Origin: an uncultured Anaerolineales bacterium
GTDB lineage: Bacteria > Chloroflexota > Anaerolineae > Anaerolineales > UBA11858
NCBI GenBank assembly: GCA_964613985.1
Contig: CAZTJD010000007.1
Span: forward strand, 15,507-79,506
Length of the DNA stretch: 64,000 nucleotides
Reading direction: 5' to 3'
Part shown: positions 1 through 9,997 of the stretch, in pieces
Layout of the letters: each line of letters opens with the position of its first letter
How positions within the stretch are numbered: position 1 is the stretch's first letter
Made by a program: the position numbers and the translations under genes
The notes under the pieces: generated by a model
The model's database searches: none
The model's input: only the letters and a program-made list of their open reading frames with translations
Told to the model about the DNA's origin: nothing

Positions 1-2
1 GC

Positions 3-593
3 TTCTTGATAAAAGGTCGGGGAGCTTATTCAAGGTTGAAATTTGAATCAGGCGTTCATCGCGTTCAACGTGTCCCGATCACCGAATCACAAGGCCGCAT
101 TCACACCTCAACCATTACTGTTGCTGTGATGGCTGAAGTCGATGATGTCGAAATTAATATACCCGATACCGATATTAAAATGGACGTCTACAAATCAGCA
201 GGAGCAGGCGGTCAAAATGTTCAAAAAAATGCCACTGCTGTCAGGCTGACACACATACCTACAGGTATGGTTGTACAATGTCAGGACGAACGCTCACAAC
301 TACAAAACCGCCAGCGAGCCATGAGTATCTTGAGGGCACGCTTGTATGAAATGGAAGAGGAAAAACGCCGTTCAAAGATTGACGCTGATAGACGATCACA
401 AATCGGTAGTGGTGATCGGTCAGAAAAAATCCGCACCTACAATTTTCCCCAATCCAGAGTGACTGATCACCGAATCAACCATTCTGTCTTCAATATTGAT
501 GGTGTTATGGATGGCGATATCGACGAATTCATCGAAGAACTGGCAACCCTTCACGAAGCGGAACGCTTGTCAGCTGTAGGATTAGAGGAATGA
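3..593 (+). CDS. prfA: Peptide chain release factor 1 (5' end outside window)
   Basis: GGQ motif (SAGAGGQ), PxT recognition motif (RVPITE), [13 protein letters not shown] and [17 protein letters not shown]. Followed by prmC. Confidence 0.97.
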   Translation, partial: FLIKGRGAYSRLKFESGVHRVQRVPITESQGRIHTSTITVAVMAEVDDVEINIPDTDIKMDVYKSAGAGGQNVQKNATAVRLTHIPTGMVVQCQDERSQLQNRQRAMSILRARLYEMEEEKRRSKIDADRRSQIGSGDRSEKIRTYNFPQSRVTDHRINHSVFNIDGVMDGDIDEFIEELATLHEAERLSAVGLEE

Positions 594-1477
594 GCAGGAC
601 GAAGGATCATTTCCTCTATGAGAATACCATTGAGGAAACGATAAAATCGTTAGCTGATTCCTTTAGATCTTCATCAACTTCACAATTAGATGCCCAGGTG
701 CTCTTATCACATGTCATGCAAAAATCAAAAGCCTGGTTGCTTGCCCATAAAGAAATAGAACTAACAACCGATCAGCAGATTTCCCTAGCCAACCTCGCCT
801 CTCAAGTTAAGGAAGGCGTTCCGCTTCCATATGTTATTGGTCATTGGGCATTTTACGGTCTGGATTTTCTCGTCACACCAGACGTGCTCATCCCCAGGCC
901 TGAGACTGAACAAATTGTAGAGTATGCCCACATCTGGTTGATGGACCATCCAGGTCGACGCCGCGCCCTTGATCTTGGAACAGGAACGGGTTGCATCGCC
1001 ATCTCCCTGGCATCCCTCCTTCCAGACCTGGAAATCATTGCCACAGATGTCTCCAAAGATGCCTTAACTGTAGCTCAGACCAATGCAATCAGACATCAGG
1101 TCGAGAGAAGGATCAATTTTTTTCTAGCAGACCTGCTAAATCCTGATCCCAGTTCAACCGTAAAAATCTCACCTCCAATTGATATCATAACAGCTAACCT
1201 CCCTTACATTCCCACAGCAACTTTGAAAAAATTAGATGTTTGTCAACATGAGCCCACCCAGGCTCTGGATGGTGGTCATGATGGCCTGAACCTGATTCGC
1301 AGGTTCTTAAAAATGTCTGGCCCTTATCTTTCCCCTGGTGGTTGCATGCTCCTTGAAATTGAAGAAAAACAGGGACAATCAGTTATAAAATTAGCAAAAG
1401 AAAATTTCCCAGGCGCAAACATTATGGTTCATCCTGATCTTTCCGGAAAAGATCGCTTGTTGAAGATAATTACATGA
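590..1477 (+). CDS. prmC: Release factor glutamine N5-methyltransferase
   Basis: [19 protein letters not shown]-binding motif, NLPY (NPPY-like). Overlaps the prfA stop by 4 nt. Confidence 0.95.
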   Translation: MSRTKDHFLYENTIEETIKSLADSFRSSSTSQLDAQVLLSHVMQKSKAWLLAHKEIELTTDQQISLANLASQVKEGVPLPYVIGHWAFYGLDFLVTPDVLIPRPETEQIVEYAHIWLMDHPGRRRALDLGTGTGCIAISLASLLPDLEIIATDVSKDALTVAQTNAIRHQVERRINFFLADLLNPDPSSTVKISPPIDIITANLPYIPTATLKKLDVCQHEPTQALDGGHDGLNLIRRFLKMSGPYLSPGGCMLLEIEEKQGQSVIKLAKENFPGANIMVHPDLSGKDRLLKIIT

Positions 1478-2094
1478 AAACAAAGATCATCTCTACCCAA
1501 AACCCAGCAGCAATTCCCCATGCGGTTGATGTTTTAAATCGCTGTGGTTTGGTTGCCTTCCCAACGGATACAGTATATGGACTTGCTACCAAAGCCTTCG
1601 ATGAGGGATGCATCGAACGTTTATACGTAGTTAAAGGTAGGATGCATAAGAAGGCGATCGCTTTGCTGATAAGTAAGATTGAACAACTTGACCAGGTCGC
1701 GATTGAAATCCCCGAAACAGTTTATAAGTTAGCTAACAAGTTTTGGCCTGGTCCCCTGACCCTTGTATTAAAACGGCATCCATCTCTACCGGAAATCCTT
1801 TCCCCCGATGAGACCATCGGCGTCCGTGTCCCTGATCATCCTGATGCACTAGCCTTGATAGATATTACAGGACCTTTAGCAGTTACCTCCGCCAATCTTT
1901 CTGGCGAAGAGGCAGCTTGCTCTGCAAAAGAAGTACTAAACCAACTCAACCATCGCATCCATCTCATCTTGGATGGTGGAATCTCCCCTTGCCGGCTACC
2001 TTCCACGGTTGTCGATTGCCTCGAACCAGCAATAAAAATACTTCGCCCCGGTCCCATCGCCCTTGCTCAACTCCAAGCTGCTCTAAAACAATAA
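1474..2094 (+). CDS. tsaC: L-threonylcarbamoyladenylate synthase (short YrdC/TsaC type)
   Basis: VAFPTDTVYGL, KGR, FWPGPLTLVL, TSANLSG motifs. No Sua5 C-terminal domain. Confidence 0.93.
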   Translation: MKTKIISTQNPAAIPHAVDVLNRCGLVAFPTDTVYGLATKAFDEGCIERLYVVKGRMHKKAIALLISKIEQLDQVAIEIPETVYKLANKFWPGPLTLVLKRHPSLPEILSPDETIGVRVPDHPDALALIDITGPLAVTSANLSGEEAACSAKEVLNQLNHRIHLILDGGISPCRLPSTVVDCLEPAIKILRPGPIALAQLQAALKQ

Positions 2095-2175
2095 TCGAAA
2101 ATCCCTGGTTTGGACAAAAAGTGGGCTTTTACTTTTTTTCACTCCATTCAATCTGCTTTCTAATACCCTCAATCT

Positions 2176-3138
2176 CTAATAACCAAGCTCCTTATCAACT
2201 ACATTCATCAACTCTTGTCCTATTACATACCTCCGTAGATTTTCTTTAAAAATCGCAAATCCTCTCTCGTGATAATGTGGTGTCACCCCTGAATAATGCG
2301 CTGTGATAATCACATTCTCCATCCTCCAGAGAGGCGAATCGTCTGGTAACGGTTCGTTTTCAAATACATCCAATCCTGCTCCAGCTATCCAACCCTCTTT
2401 TAACGCTTTGATAAGACTTTCCTCGTCAATCGTCCCGCCCCTGCCGATGTTTATTAGATAAGCGGATTCTTTCATCGCCTTCAGTTCTGATTCTGCTATC
2501 ATCCCTTTTGTCTCCTCGGTCAAGGGAATAGTTAAAACGATAAAATCGCCTTCTGGTAATATTCCTAATCGGCTTTCAGGAGAAACCATGGTCTCCACAC
2601 CGGGGACACCTAAATCCTTTCGTTTACGTATCCCAAACACCCGCATCCCTAAGCTATTGGCAACCGCTGCTATTCGCTTACCAATTGCACCTACTCCAAC
2701 CAGGACCATCGTCTTCCCTGCTAACTCAAAAACCTTCATTTCTTCGTGGCGCGACCATTCGCCCCGTATCTGAGCTCTCATAGCACGGGGTAAATCGCGG
2801 GCAAAAGCCAGCAGATAAGCCAAGATATGCTCGCTGATTGGGATAGCGTGCAGTCCTGACATATTGGTTAGGGTAAAGTCCCTTTCTGCCAACTCAGGAT
2901 ATTCCAACAACCAATCAGCCCCAGCTCCCCATTGTTGGAACCAGCGCAGGTTCTTGAAAACTCCAATAAACCGGGTTGGTACCCATCCCGCTGCAATCTC
3001 CACCTGGTCAGCAATCATCTTCAGGTCATCCTCATCCTGGGTTAACACGACACGCTTATCCTTTGCGATCGCCCGGATTTGCTCCAATTCGAATCCGGGA
3101 ACCAATTTTTCTTCTAGCATAATTAACAGAACACTCAT
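2176..3138 (-). CDS. D-2-hydroxyacid dehydrogenase, NAD(P)-dependent
   Basis: GVGAIG Rossmann motif, INIGRG, LDVFENEPL, TAHYSG catalytic His. Confidence 0.9.
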   Translation of the reverse strand: MSVLLIMLEEKLVPGFELEQIRAIAKDKRVVLTQDEDDLKMIADQVEIAAGWVPTRFIGVFKNLRWFQQWGAGADWLLEYPELAERDFTLTNMSGLHAIPISEHILAYLLAFARDLPRAMRAQIRGEWSRHEEMKVFELAGKTMVLVGVGAIGKRIAAVANSLGMRVFGIRKRKDLGVPGVETMVSPESRLGILPEGDFIVLTIPLTEETKGMIAESELKAMKESAYLINIGRGGTIDEESLIKALKEGWIAGAGLDVFENEPLPDDSPLWRMENVIITAHYSGVTPHYHERGFAIFKENLRRYVIGQELMNVVDKELGY

Positions 3139-3334
3139 TAATTAGAAAACCTTTCTTGATCAATCATACCAGGAATTCCCAACTCCCTTAAAGACTGTGG
3201 TTCATTCACCATTCATAATAGCAGGTACAAACTCAAGATCTCGATTATCCAAACTTTATGTTTTGAGTTCATGAGCAGAACCTGTTTTCAAGCAAATACG
3301 ATTTTTAAATTATTAAATTATTTTAGTATTCTGC

Positions 3335-3362
3335 TTGACTTTTTGTTGATAAATAATATAAT
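3335..3362 (+). promoter_or_regulatory. Sigma70-type promoter
   Basis: TTGACT (3335-3340), 16-nt spacer, TATAAT (3357-3362), about 105 nt upstream of the YheO-like gene. Confidence 0.6.
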
Positions 3363-3468
3363 ACATTCCAAGCTTGTTGTGTTTTCTTGGTTTCCCCTTT
3401 CTTTACCAGTTCAGTAAATCATACCATATTATCCCACCAATTTTGTCCTTCTGGCAAAGGGATATTTC

Positions 3469-4239
3469 GTGGAATCAACCCCTTCTGGTTTTTCATTACA
3501 AGGAGACTGCCTTGTGACTAAGAAACCAAATTTCCAAAAGTCCTCATCAGATATTACCAGGACCGCTACTGGGCAATACTTAACAGACTCATTTCACCCT
3601 GATTTAAAGAAAATCCATCAGATTATGCCTTCCCTGGCAAAAGTACTTGGGTCAAATTGTGAATTAGTTCTTCACGATTTTAACGATGTCCGCCATTCCA
3701 TTGTTGCCATAGAAGGAAATATCACCGATCGTTCCATCGGGGGGCCATTAACAGATCTCTTCCTTCAAATCATTCACCAAGAAGATTCGCCTGACGACCT
3801 ACTCAAGTATTCCAGCTATACAACCGATGGTAGAGAACTGGTGTGTTCGACGATCTTCCTGCGTGACGAAACTGATAAAGTTGTCGGGTGTTTATGTATT
3901 AACCGCGACATCAGTAAATTTAAAATTGTCCGGGACTCGCTGGATGAACTTTGCCAGGTCTTCCCAATGCAATTGAACCATGAGGTCGAGCAAACTGAGA
4001 CCTTCGTTCAGGATGTTGAAGAATTACTAATGGGCACTATTCACGAAATTATCGCCATCGAAATGAGACCAGTTGAGTCCATGACTAAAGCAGAAAAGAT
4101 TCGGATCGTAAAAATGCTTGATAACCGCGGAATCTTTCTAATCCGTGGATCTGTTCAGACCGTAGCTCGAGCCCTTAATGTTTCCCGGTACACCATATAT
4201 AATTACCTCGATGAGGTCCGAGAAGAGGTCCGCGATTAG
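3469..4239 (+). CDS. YheO/DauR-family transcriptional regulator (PAS-like + HTH); start uncertain
   Basis: CELVLHD, GNITDRSIGGPLTD, VGCLCINRD, and C-terminal KAEKIRIVKMLDNRGIFLIRGSV..VSRYTIYNYL. Confidence 0.9.
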   Translation: MESTPSGFSLQGDCLVTKKPNFQKSSSDITRTATGQYLTDSFHPDLKKIHQIMPSLAKVLGSNCELVLHDFNDVRHSIVAIEGNITDRSIGGPLTDLFLQIIHQEDSPDDLLKYSSYTTDGRELVCSTIFLRDETDKVVGCLCINRDISKFKIVRDSLDELCQVFPMQLNHEVEQTETFVQDVEELLMGTIHEIIAIEMRPVESMTKAEKIRIVKMLDNRGIFLIRGSVQTVARALNVSRYTIYNYLDEVREEVRD

Positions 4240-4490
4240 TGCTGCAGCAGAGGCAGTAGAACAGAACAATGAAATGGTGCAAACTAGAGAAAGGAGGTCA
4301 CCGGGGATTGCTATACTCATAAACAAGTCTTGTGTTGATTAGTTTATCCTTGGGAGGTAATAAACGTTTCCCATCGGGACTTAACAATTGGCCCTATCAA
4401 GAAGTTCCTTGATGACTGTAAATCATAAACGCATTGTGGAAGATTCTTGGTAGGTAAATCAGTATCAAGAAACAATTGGAGGAAAGAGTC

Positions 4491-4997
4491 ATGAAGAGCC
4501 GCGATCTTGCATTAGTGGCAATTTTGTTAGCAATTGGTGCAGTGCTTTATGCATTCACCCCGAACATTGGAATCATTACCCCAGATACTGTAGTCACATT
4601 TGCTGCCCTGGCGATTTTACTGGTGCTTCCGCCTCCCCTGACAGGTTTAGGCATTGGTATTGTAGCCGGTGTTTTGGGTATGTTCTTCTCCAAATCATCC
4701 ATCGCCTGGTTTAATATCCCTGCCCATGCTATTGGTGCCTGGGCTACAGCGCTGGTCTGTCTAAAAATTGGTGAACTGAAAACCGGCGCACTTTCCTGGA
4801 AACCCGCAGTAGGTGCACTCACCTACGGAGTCGTAAGTGGTGGGTTGTTCATCACTGGTATGTTGGTGGCAGGAATCTTTCCCTTCCAGGTCTATATAAC
4901 TGCTGGCTGGCTACAGGTGTTACTTTCCACATTATCAAGTATTATCATCTGCATGATTCTTTATCCACCTGCAAAAGCATTATATGATCGGGTGTAA
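4491..4997 (+). CDS. ECF transporter S component, TrpP-like (tryptophan) family
   Basis: Very hydrophobic 168 aa starting MKSRDLALVAILLAIGAVL, resembling Bacillus TrpP as I recall it. GGAGG RBS at 4478-4482 supports the ATG at 4491. Precedes ecfA-ecfA'-ecfT and a tryptophanase. Confidence 0.7.
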   Translation: MKSRDLALVAILLAIGAVLYAFTPNIGIITPDTVVTFAALAILLVLPPPLTGLGIGIVAGVLGMFFSKSSIAWFNIPAHAIGAWATALVCLKIGELKTGALSWKPAVGALTYGVVSGGLFITGMLVAGIFPFQVYITAGWLQVLLSTLSSIIICMILYPPAKALYDRV

Positions 4998-5020
4998 AAA
5001 TCATTATTGAATAAGTATTT

Positions 5021-5113
5021 AAACCCGAAAGGTCTCATCTCACCCGTAATACAATAGAATACAGGAAAAATCCTTTAGAATAGTGACCGGGTCTGAAAAA
5101 GCCTTTCGGGTTT
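5021..5113. repeat. Intergenic inverted repeat / long hairpin
   Basis: AAACCCGAAAGG (5021-5032) pairs perfectly with CCTTTCGGGTTT (5102-5113). Inner pairing ACCCG/CGGGT. Confidence 0.75.
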
Positions 5114-5153
5114 CTATTAGATATTCTTCTACACAATTAAGAGGTTATGAAAG

Positions 5154-6026
5154 ATGGAGAAGATCGTTGAGGTCGAAGGACTTAGCTTTAAATATAAACG
5201 TGGTATTTCACCTGCTTTGAACGATATCCGTTTTACCATCGATTCAGGAGAGTTCATTGGCATCACCGGTCCTGCAGGAGCTGGCAAAACTACATTATTA
5301 AGTTGTATCAGTGGTATCATTCCCCATTACTATTCTGGGGATTTAACTGGTTCCATTACTGTTGATGGAATGGAGGTTGCTAAGAGCGATTTCCGTCAAC
5401 TCGCCAATCATATTGGTACCGTTTTCGAAGACCCAGACTTCCAGATGGTCTCCATTACGGTTGAGGAAGAGGTAGCCTTTGGGCCAGAAAACCTGGGGAT
5501 CCCCTCTGCCGAGATCGAAGAACGAGTTCAAACTGCTCTCAAACAAACCCGCATAACGGATTTAAGGAATCGAGCAATCAGTACACTCTCCGGGGGACAA
5601 AAGCAGCGGGTAGCAATCGCAGCCGTATTAAGCATGCGCCCGAAACTTCTGCTTCTTGATGAACCGACATCTGAGTTGGACCCTATAGGCACCTTCGAGG
5701 TCTTTTCGGCCTTACGTTTTCTTAACCACGACCTTGGCATTACCATCGTGGTTGTTTCCCAAAAAATGGAACTTTTGGTTGAGAATGCCGACCGAATTTT
5801 CCTCCTTTCTAATGGGCAATTAATCCTGAATGATATTCCACGAAAAATATGTCTGTCTAGAGATGTTTTGGAAAATGAAGGCGCTCGGGTACCCGAAATA
5901 ACTGACTTCGCTATCTCTCTAGCTTCAAAATTAAATACCCCAATAAAACCTGGTGAGATTCCGATTACGGTAGAAGAAGGGACTGTTTTTCTAAGAAAAA
6001 TTCTAAATACAGCGGGAGTGGGGTAA
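5154..6026 (+). CDS. ecfA: ECF transporter ATPase (EcfA)
   Basis: Walker A GPAGAGKT, FEDPDFQ Q-loop, LSGGQKQR signature, LLLDEPT. Confidence 0.9.
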   Translation: MEKIVEVEGLSFKYKRGISPALNDIRFTIDSGEFIGITGPAGAGKTTLLSCISGIIPHYYSGDLTGSITVDGMEVAKSDFRQLANHIGTVFEDPDFQMVSITVEEEVAFGPENLGIPSAEIEERVQTALKQTRITDLRNRAISTLSGGQKQRVAIAAVLSMRPKLLLLDEPTSELDPIGTFEVFSALRFLNHDLGITIVVVSQKMELLVENADRIFLLSNGQLILNDIPRKICLSRDVLENEGARVPEITDFAISLASKLNTPIKPGEIPITVEEGTVFLRKILNTAGVG

Positions 6027-6880
6027 TGGAACCGATTATTGAAATCAAAGACTTGCACCATATCTATCCAAGTGGAACTCATGCCCTTCGTGGAATTAAC
6101 TTGAAAATTTATCCCAGTGAGTTTGTGGCGATCATCGGCCAAAACGGATCAGGTAAGACCACTTTTGTTAAGCACTTAAATGGCTTGCTAAGAGCAACGA
6201 AAGGGGAAGTCCTTATCAATGGTCAGGACGTACGCAGTCGAAAAGTTTCAGAAATGGCCCGGATTGTTGGCTATTGCTTCCAGAATCCAGACCACCAGAT
6301 CTTTTGCGATTCCGTTTATAAAGAAACCGCATACGGACCACAGAATCTGGGATTTTCTGCTGAAGAAATTAACAAGCGGGTAGACGAAGCTTTAGCTGCT
6401 GTTGGCATGTCCAACATGAAAGAATTTCATCCAAGAGATTTAAGTAAAGGGCAGCGACAAAGAGTCGCTGTTGCAGCTGTACTCTCAATGCATCCTCAAA
6501 TATTAAACATCGATGAGCCGACGACCGGGCAAGATTATCAGGATGGGATTGCAATGTTGGACCTGATTGCTAAATTGAATAAAATAGGACACACCATTCT
6601 CTTCATAACTCATGATATGCCAATGGTTGCCCGATATGCAAAACGCGTAATTGTTTTTCGCGAGGGAGAAGTTCTGCTCGATGGAACGACTGAAGAAGTA
6701 TTTCGGCAACGCGAGATATTACGAACAACTTTCCTTGCTCCACCTCAAATAACCAGCCTGGGGCTGGCGTTTCCTGATCTATATCCAAATGCTGTTCTAA
6801 GCGTATCCGATATGCTTGCACAAACGATGATGATTCTCAATAATCACAACCTTCAAAATACCAGCGGCAAGGAGGCTTAG
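6026..6880 (+). CDS. ecfA2: ECF transporter ATPase (EcfA')
   Basis: GQNGSGKT, FQNPDHQ, LSKGQRQR, IDEPTTGQD, ITHD. Confidence 0.9.
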   Translation: MEPIIEIKDLHHIYPSGTHALRGINLKIYPSEFVAIIGQNGSGKTTFVKHLNGLLRATKGEVLINGQDVRSRKVSEMARIVGYCFQNPDHQIFCDSVYKETAYGPQNLGFSAEEINKRVDEALAAVGMSNMKEFHPRDLSKGQRQRVAVAAVLSMHPQILNIDEPTTGQDYQDGIAMLDLIAKLNKIGHTILFITHDMPMVARYAKRVIVFREGEVLLDGTTEEVFRQREILRTTFLAPPQITSLGLAFPDLYPNAVLSVSDMLAQTMMILNNHNLQNTSGKEA

Positions 6881-6883
6881 TAT

Positions 6884-7696
6884 ATGTTGGAATATATTCA
6901 TCGAAATTCATTAATCCACAACCTCCACCCGCTGACTAAACTCTTCTGGGCTTTTGTGGTAATGATCCTATCGCTTGTTTTTAATAATCCTTGGTACCTT
7001 GGGGCGATTATCCTCACTGTAATCCTGGTTGGTTTTATAGGAAAAGTAGGCAAAGAAACCCTTGTTTACCTATCGGCGTTGATACTCGTTGCTATCTTTG
7101 TTTTTCTCTTTCAAATTTTATTCCGACCGGAAGGGAAATTACTGTTTACCGTTTTCCCCGCCTCATGGCCTGTAGTGGGAGGATGGCTACCGGTTACCGA
7201 TATGGGTCTTCGCTACGGATTTGCAATGAGTCTTCGCATGATTGGTCTGGTAAGCGTTCTCCCAGTTATCCTAACAACCACCCAACCGAGAGATATCGTC
7301 ATGGCACTGGTCGAAAATATTCATATTCCATATGATTATGCCTTCATGTTTACTACTGCGCTACGTTTTATGCCCATTATTTTATCGGAAGTCAGTACGA
7401 TTTCCCAGGCACAGCGATCTCGGGCTTACGCCACTGAAGGGTGGAATCCTATCCGGAAGCTAAAGGCTTTTGCACCTATCGCTTTGCCAATTGTTTTCAT
7501 TGCTATCGAAAAGGCAGACCGACTCGGCCTTTGCATGGAACTTCGCGGTTATGGTTCACCTAACCGTACTTACCTTAGGATGCTCAGTTTAAAATTTATT
7601 GATTGGGTAGCTATGGCTTTTATGATCCTGATTGTTGTTCTTTCCATTATTGCTTCGACTCATGGATATGGACGGATTCAATTGATTTCAATGTAA
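6884..7696 (+). CDS. ecfT: ECF transporter transmembrane T component
   Basis: LHPLTKL start, LRFMP, AQRSRA and MELRGY Arg motifs, multiple TM segments. Confidence 0.92.
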   Translation: MLEYIHRNSLIHNLHPLTKLFWAFVVMILSLVFNNPWYLGAIILTVILVGFIGKVGKETLVYLSALILVAIFVFLFQILFRPEGKLLFTVFPASWPVVGGWLPVTDMGLRYGFAMSLRMIGLVSVLPVILTTTQPRDIVMALVENIHIPYDYAFMFTTALRFMPIILSEVSTISQAQRSRAYATEGWNPIRKLKAFAPIALPIVFIAIEKADRLGLCMELRGYGSPNRTYLRMLSLKFIDWVAMAFMILIVVLSIIASTHGYGRIQLISM

Positions 7697-7747
7697 TAAT
7701 ATTTCCAGAACTACCAATATTCAACATCATTTGAGGAGATTACTATT

Positions 7748-9148
7748 ATGATGGAATTCCCTGACGTGGAACCCTACCGAATTAAAGTCGTCGAACCTAT
7801 GAAAGTGACCACCCGTGAGCAGCGTGCTCAAATTATGGCAGACGCTCACTACAACATTTTTAATATCCCAGCGGAAGATGTCTTTGTTGATCTGCTTACT
7901 GATAGCGGGACTTCAGCGATGAGTCAGAACCAATGGGCTGGGATAATGATCGGGGATGAGTCTTATGCTGGTTGCCGAAATTGGTTTCATTTAGAAGAGA
8001 CCGTCAAAGATATCACCGGGTATAAATTCGTTATCCCCACACACCAGGGAAGACCCGCAGAAAATATCCTCACCCTGATCCATATTCAACCGGGACTTTC
8101 AGCACTTGGAAATATGTTCTTTGACAGCACCCATGCCCATATTGAAACCAAAGGTGGTATTCCACTCGATTTGATCATAGATGAAGGACTGGATTCTGAG
8201 AGTGAATTTCCTTTCAAAGGCAATGTGGACATCGACAAGTTAGAAACCTATATCCAAAAACAGGGGGTTGAAAAAATCGCCATGATCCATGTAACTGTCA
8301 CCTGTAACAACAATGGTGGACAACCTGTTTCGATGGCTAATCTTCGCGCTCTTCGCGAGGTGGCGGATAAATACAACCTGCCATTCTTCCTTGATGCAGC
8401 TCGGTTCGCCGAAAATGCCTTTTTTATTAAGATGAGGGAGCCAGGCTACCAGGAAAAAACCATCAAAGAGATAACCAGGGAAATGTTTTCATTCGCTGAC
8501 GGCTGCACCATGAGTTCAAAGAAGGATGGTCTGGTCAATATTGGCGGGTTCTTAGCATTAAATGATGAGAAAAAATATCGGCTGGCCCAACAATATTTAA
8601 TCCTCATGGAGGGTTTCGTTACTTATGGGGGGATGGCAGGAAGAGATTTAGAAGCCCTGGCGATCGGTCTGAAAGAAGTCTTGGACCTCTCTTATCTGGC
8701 AAATCGAGTCCGTCAGACTCACTTGCTTGGCAACCAATTACTTGAAGCAGAAGTCCCTGTAGTGAAACCCATCGGTGGCCACTGTATTATGCTGGATATG
8801 AAGCATTTCTTACCTCATATTCCTCAGGAGCAGTTCCCATCTGAGGCTTTCGCGGCAGCATTATACATCGACTCCGGAACCCGCATCATAGGGCTCGGTC
8901 AGCTGGCTTTCGGAAGTGAAGATGCTGAAACCGGGAAAATAAATTACTCTCCATTAGAATTTGCCCGGTTAGCCATCCCTCGTAGGGTCTACACAGACAA
9001 CCACATGAATCTGGTTGCTCGCAGTGTCAAGAGCGTCTTTGAAACACGCGATCAGGTACCGGGCATGAGGATTGCATGGGCACCTCCCGTCCTACGACAC
9101 TTTACCGCTCATCTCGAACCAATCACCCCAAGTCCATTATTTGAATAA
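7748..9148 (+). CDS. tnaA: Tryptophanase (PLP beta-eliminating lyase)
   Basis: DLLTDSG, GDESYAG, SSKKD PLP lysine, YGGMAGRD, RLAIPRRVY. Tryptophanase-type rather than tyrosine phenol-lyase residues: NMFFD (Asp where TPL has Thr), no TPL Arg381, LRHFTA (His where TPL has Phe). Confidence 0.8.
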   Translation: MMEFPDVEPYRIKVVEPMKVTTREQRAQIMADAHYNIFNIPAEDVFVDLLTDSGTSAMSQNQWAGIMIGDESYAGCRNWFHLEETVKDITGYKFVIPTHQGRPAENILTLIHIQPGLSALGNMFFDSTHAHIETKGGIPLDLIIDEGLDSESEFPFKGNVDIDKLETYIQKQGVEKIAMIHVTVTCNNNGGQPVSMANLRALREVADKYNLPFFLDAARFAENAFFIKMREPGYQEKTIKEITREMFSFADGCTMSSKKDGLVNIGGFLALNDEKKYRLAQQYLILMEGFVTYGGMAGRDLEALAIGLKEVLDLSYLANRVRQTHLLGNQLLEAEVPVVKPIGGHCIMLDMKHFLPHIPQEQFPSEAFAAALYIDSGTRIIGLGQLAFGSEDAETGKINYSPLEFARLAIPRRVYTDNHMNLVARSVKSVFETRDQVPGMRIAWAPPVLRHFTAHLEPITPSPLFE

Positions 9149-9182
9149 TTGAAGAATATTGAATTTAGATGTAAGCAATAAG

Positions 9183-9228
9183 GGGATGTTTCTAAAGGAA
9201 TTTTACCTATGAAACATCCCTGTTTTTT
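9183..9228 (+). terminator. Intrinsic terminator after tnaA
   Basis: GGGATGTTTC...GAAACATCCC 10-bp stem followed by TGTTTTTT. Confidence 0.75.
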
Positions 9229-9279
9229 CCATCAACCCCAAACTACAAATCTCGAATTTACCCGCTCCACTAATTTAGT

Positions 9280-9303
9280 AAAACGGGATGTCTTTCCCGT
9301 TTT
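9280..9303 (-). terminator. Hairpin/terminator downstream of the VUT-family gene
   Basis: AAAACGGGA-TGTCTT-TCCCGTTTT perfect 9-bp stem with A/T runs at its base. Confidence 0.6.
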
Positions 9304-9324
9304 GCCGTAAGAGAAGCGACATTA

Positions 9325-9954
9325 TCAATCTTCATTTTCTATATTTCTTTCTTTCACCAAATAAATCCCTGGTAAACTCACCAATGTCGTCAAACCCTTG
9401 ACAATCAAATTACTGGTAAAGATCGACCACACCACTGCCCCAGGCATTGTCCCACCAAAAGCGATCCAAACAAAAATCAGGCTATCAACAGGGATACTAA
9501 CGCTGTTAGACACCAATACTCGTGCCCACTGATATTTGCGAGTCACTCTATCAACCCAGAGTTTATATCCCTCCGTGTCAATCATCTCCGCTATAACCTC
9601 TGCAATAATCGAAGCTATTACAATCCGCCAAATGGGTGAAAGTACCATCCCAAAGGCTTCCTGCGGACCAACCGACATATCCGCTGGTAATATCGATGTC
9701 AACCAAAACAATCCCGCCATTACCAGGTTAACCACTGCAGCGGTAATGATCAATGCTCGTGCCGCATTGATCCCTGCGGTCTTGTGTACCAGGTCCCTTA
9801 AAGTAAATGTAAATGGGTATACAAATGTACCGGCATCCATCGAAAAACCAGCCACTAAAATAATCCGTAGGCTGGCAATGTCAGCCATCATTTGGAATGC
9901 GATATAAGCAGCTGAGACTATTGTTGCTGGCACCATCGCCATTTTTCCCCACAA
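9325..9954 (-). CDS. Queuosine precursor transporter (VUT/YhhQ family); start uncertain
   Basis: YPFTFTLRDLV, RIVIASIIAEVIAEMID, RVLVSNSVSIPVDSLIF..AF.G motifs. Confidence 0.88.
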   Translation of the reverse strand: MWGKMAMVPATIVSAAYIAFQMMADIASLRIILVAGFSMDAGTFVYPFTFTLRDLVHKTAGINAARALIITAAVVNLVMAGLFWLTSILPADMSVGPQEAFGMVLSPIWRIVIASIIAEVIAEMIDTEGYKLWVDRVTRKYQWARVLVSNSVSIPVDSLIFVWIAFGGTMPGAVVWSIFTSNLIVKGLTTLVSLPGIYLVKERNIENED

Positions 9955-9997
9955 ATCTCTTCTATTTCTTGAAGCGTATTTTTCAAAACGATCTTCA

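Noticed and set aside
4240-4490. T-box riboswitch or TnaC-like leader ahead of the trpP-ecf-tnaA genes (GAGGCAGTAG and GGTGCAA elements; 17-codon ORF MKWCKLEKGGHRGLLYS at 4269-4322)
   Set aside because: No TGGNACC antiterminator or terminator hairpin. The mini-ORF has a poor RBS and lacks the TnaC Trp12/Asp16/Pro24 pattern.
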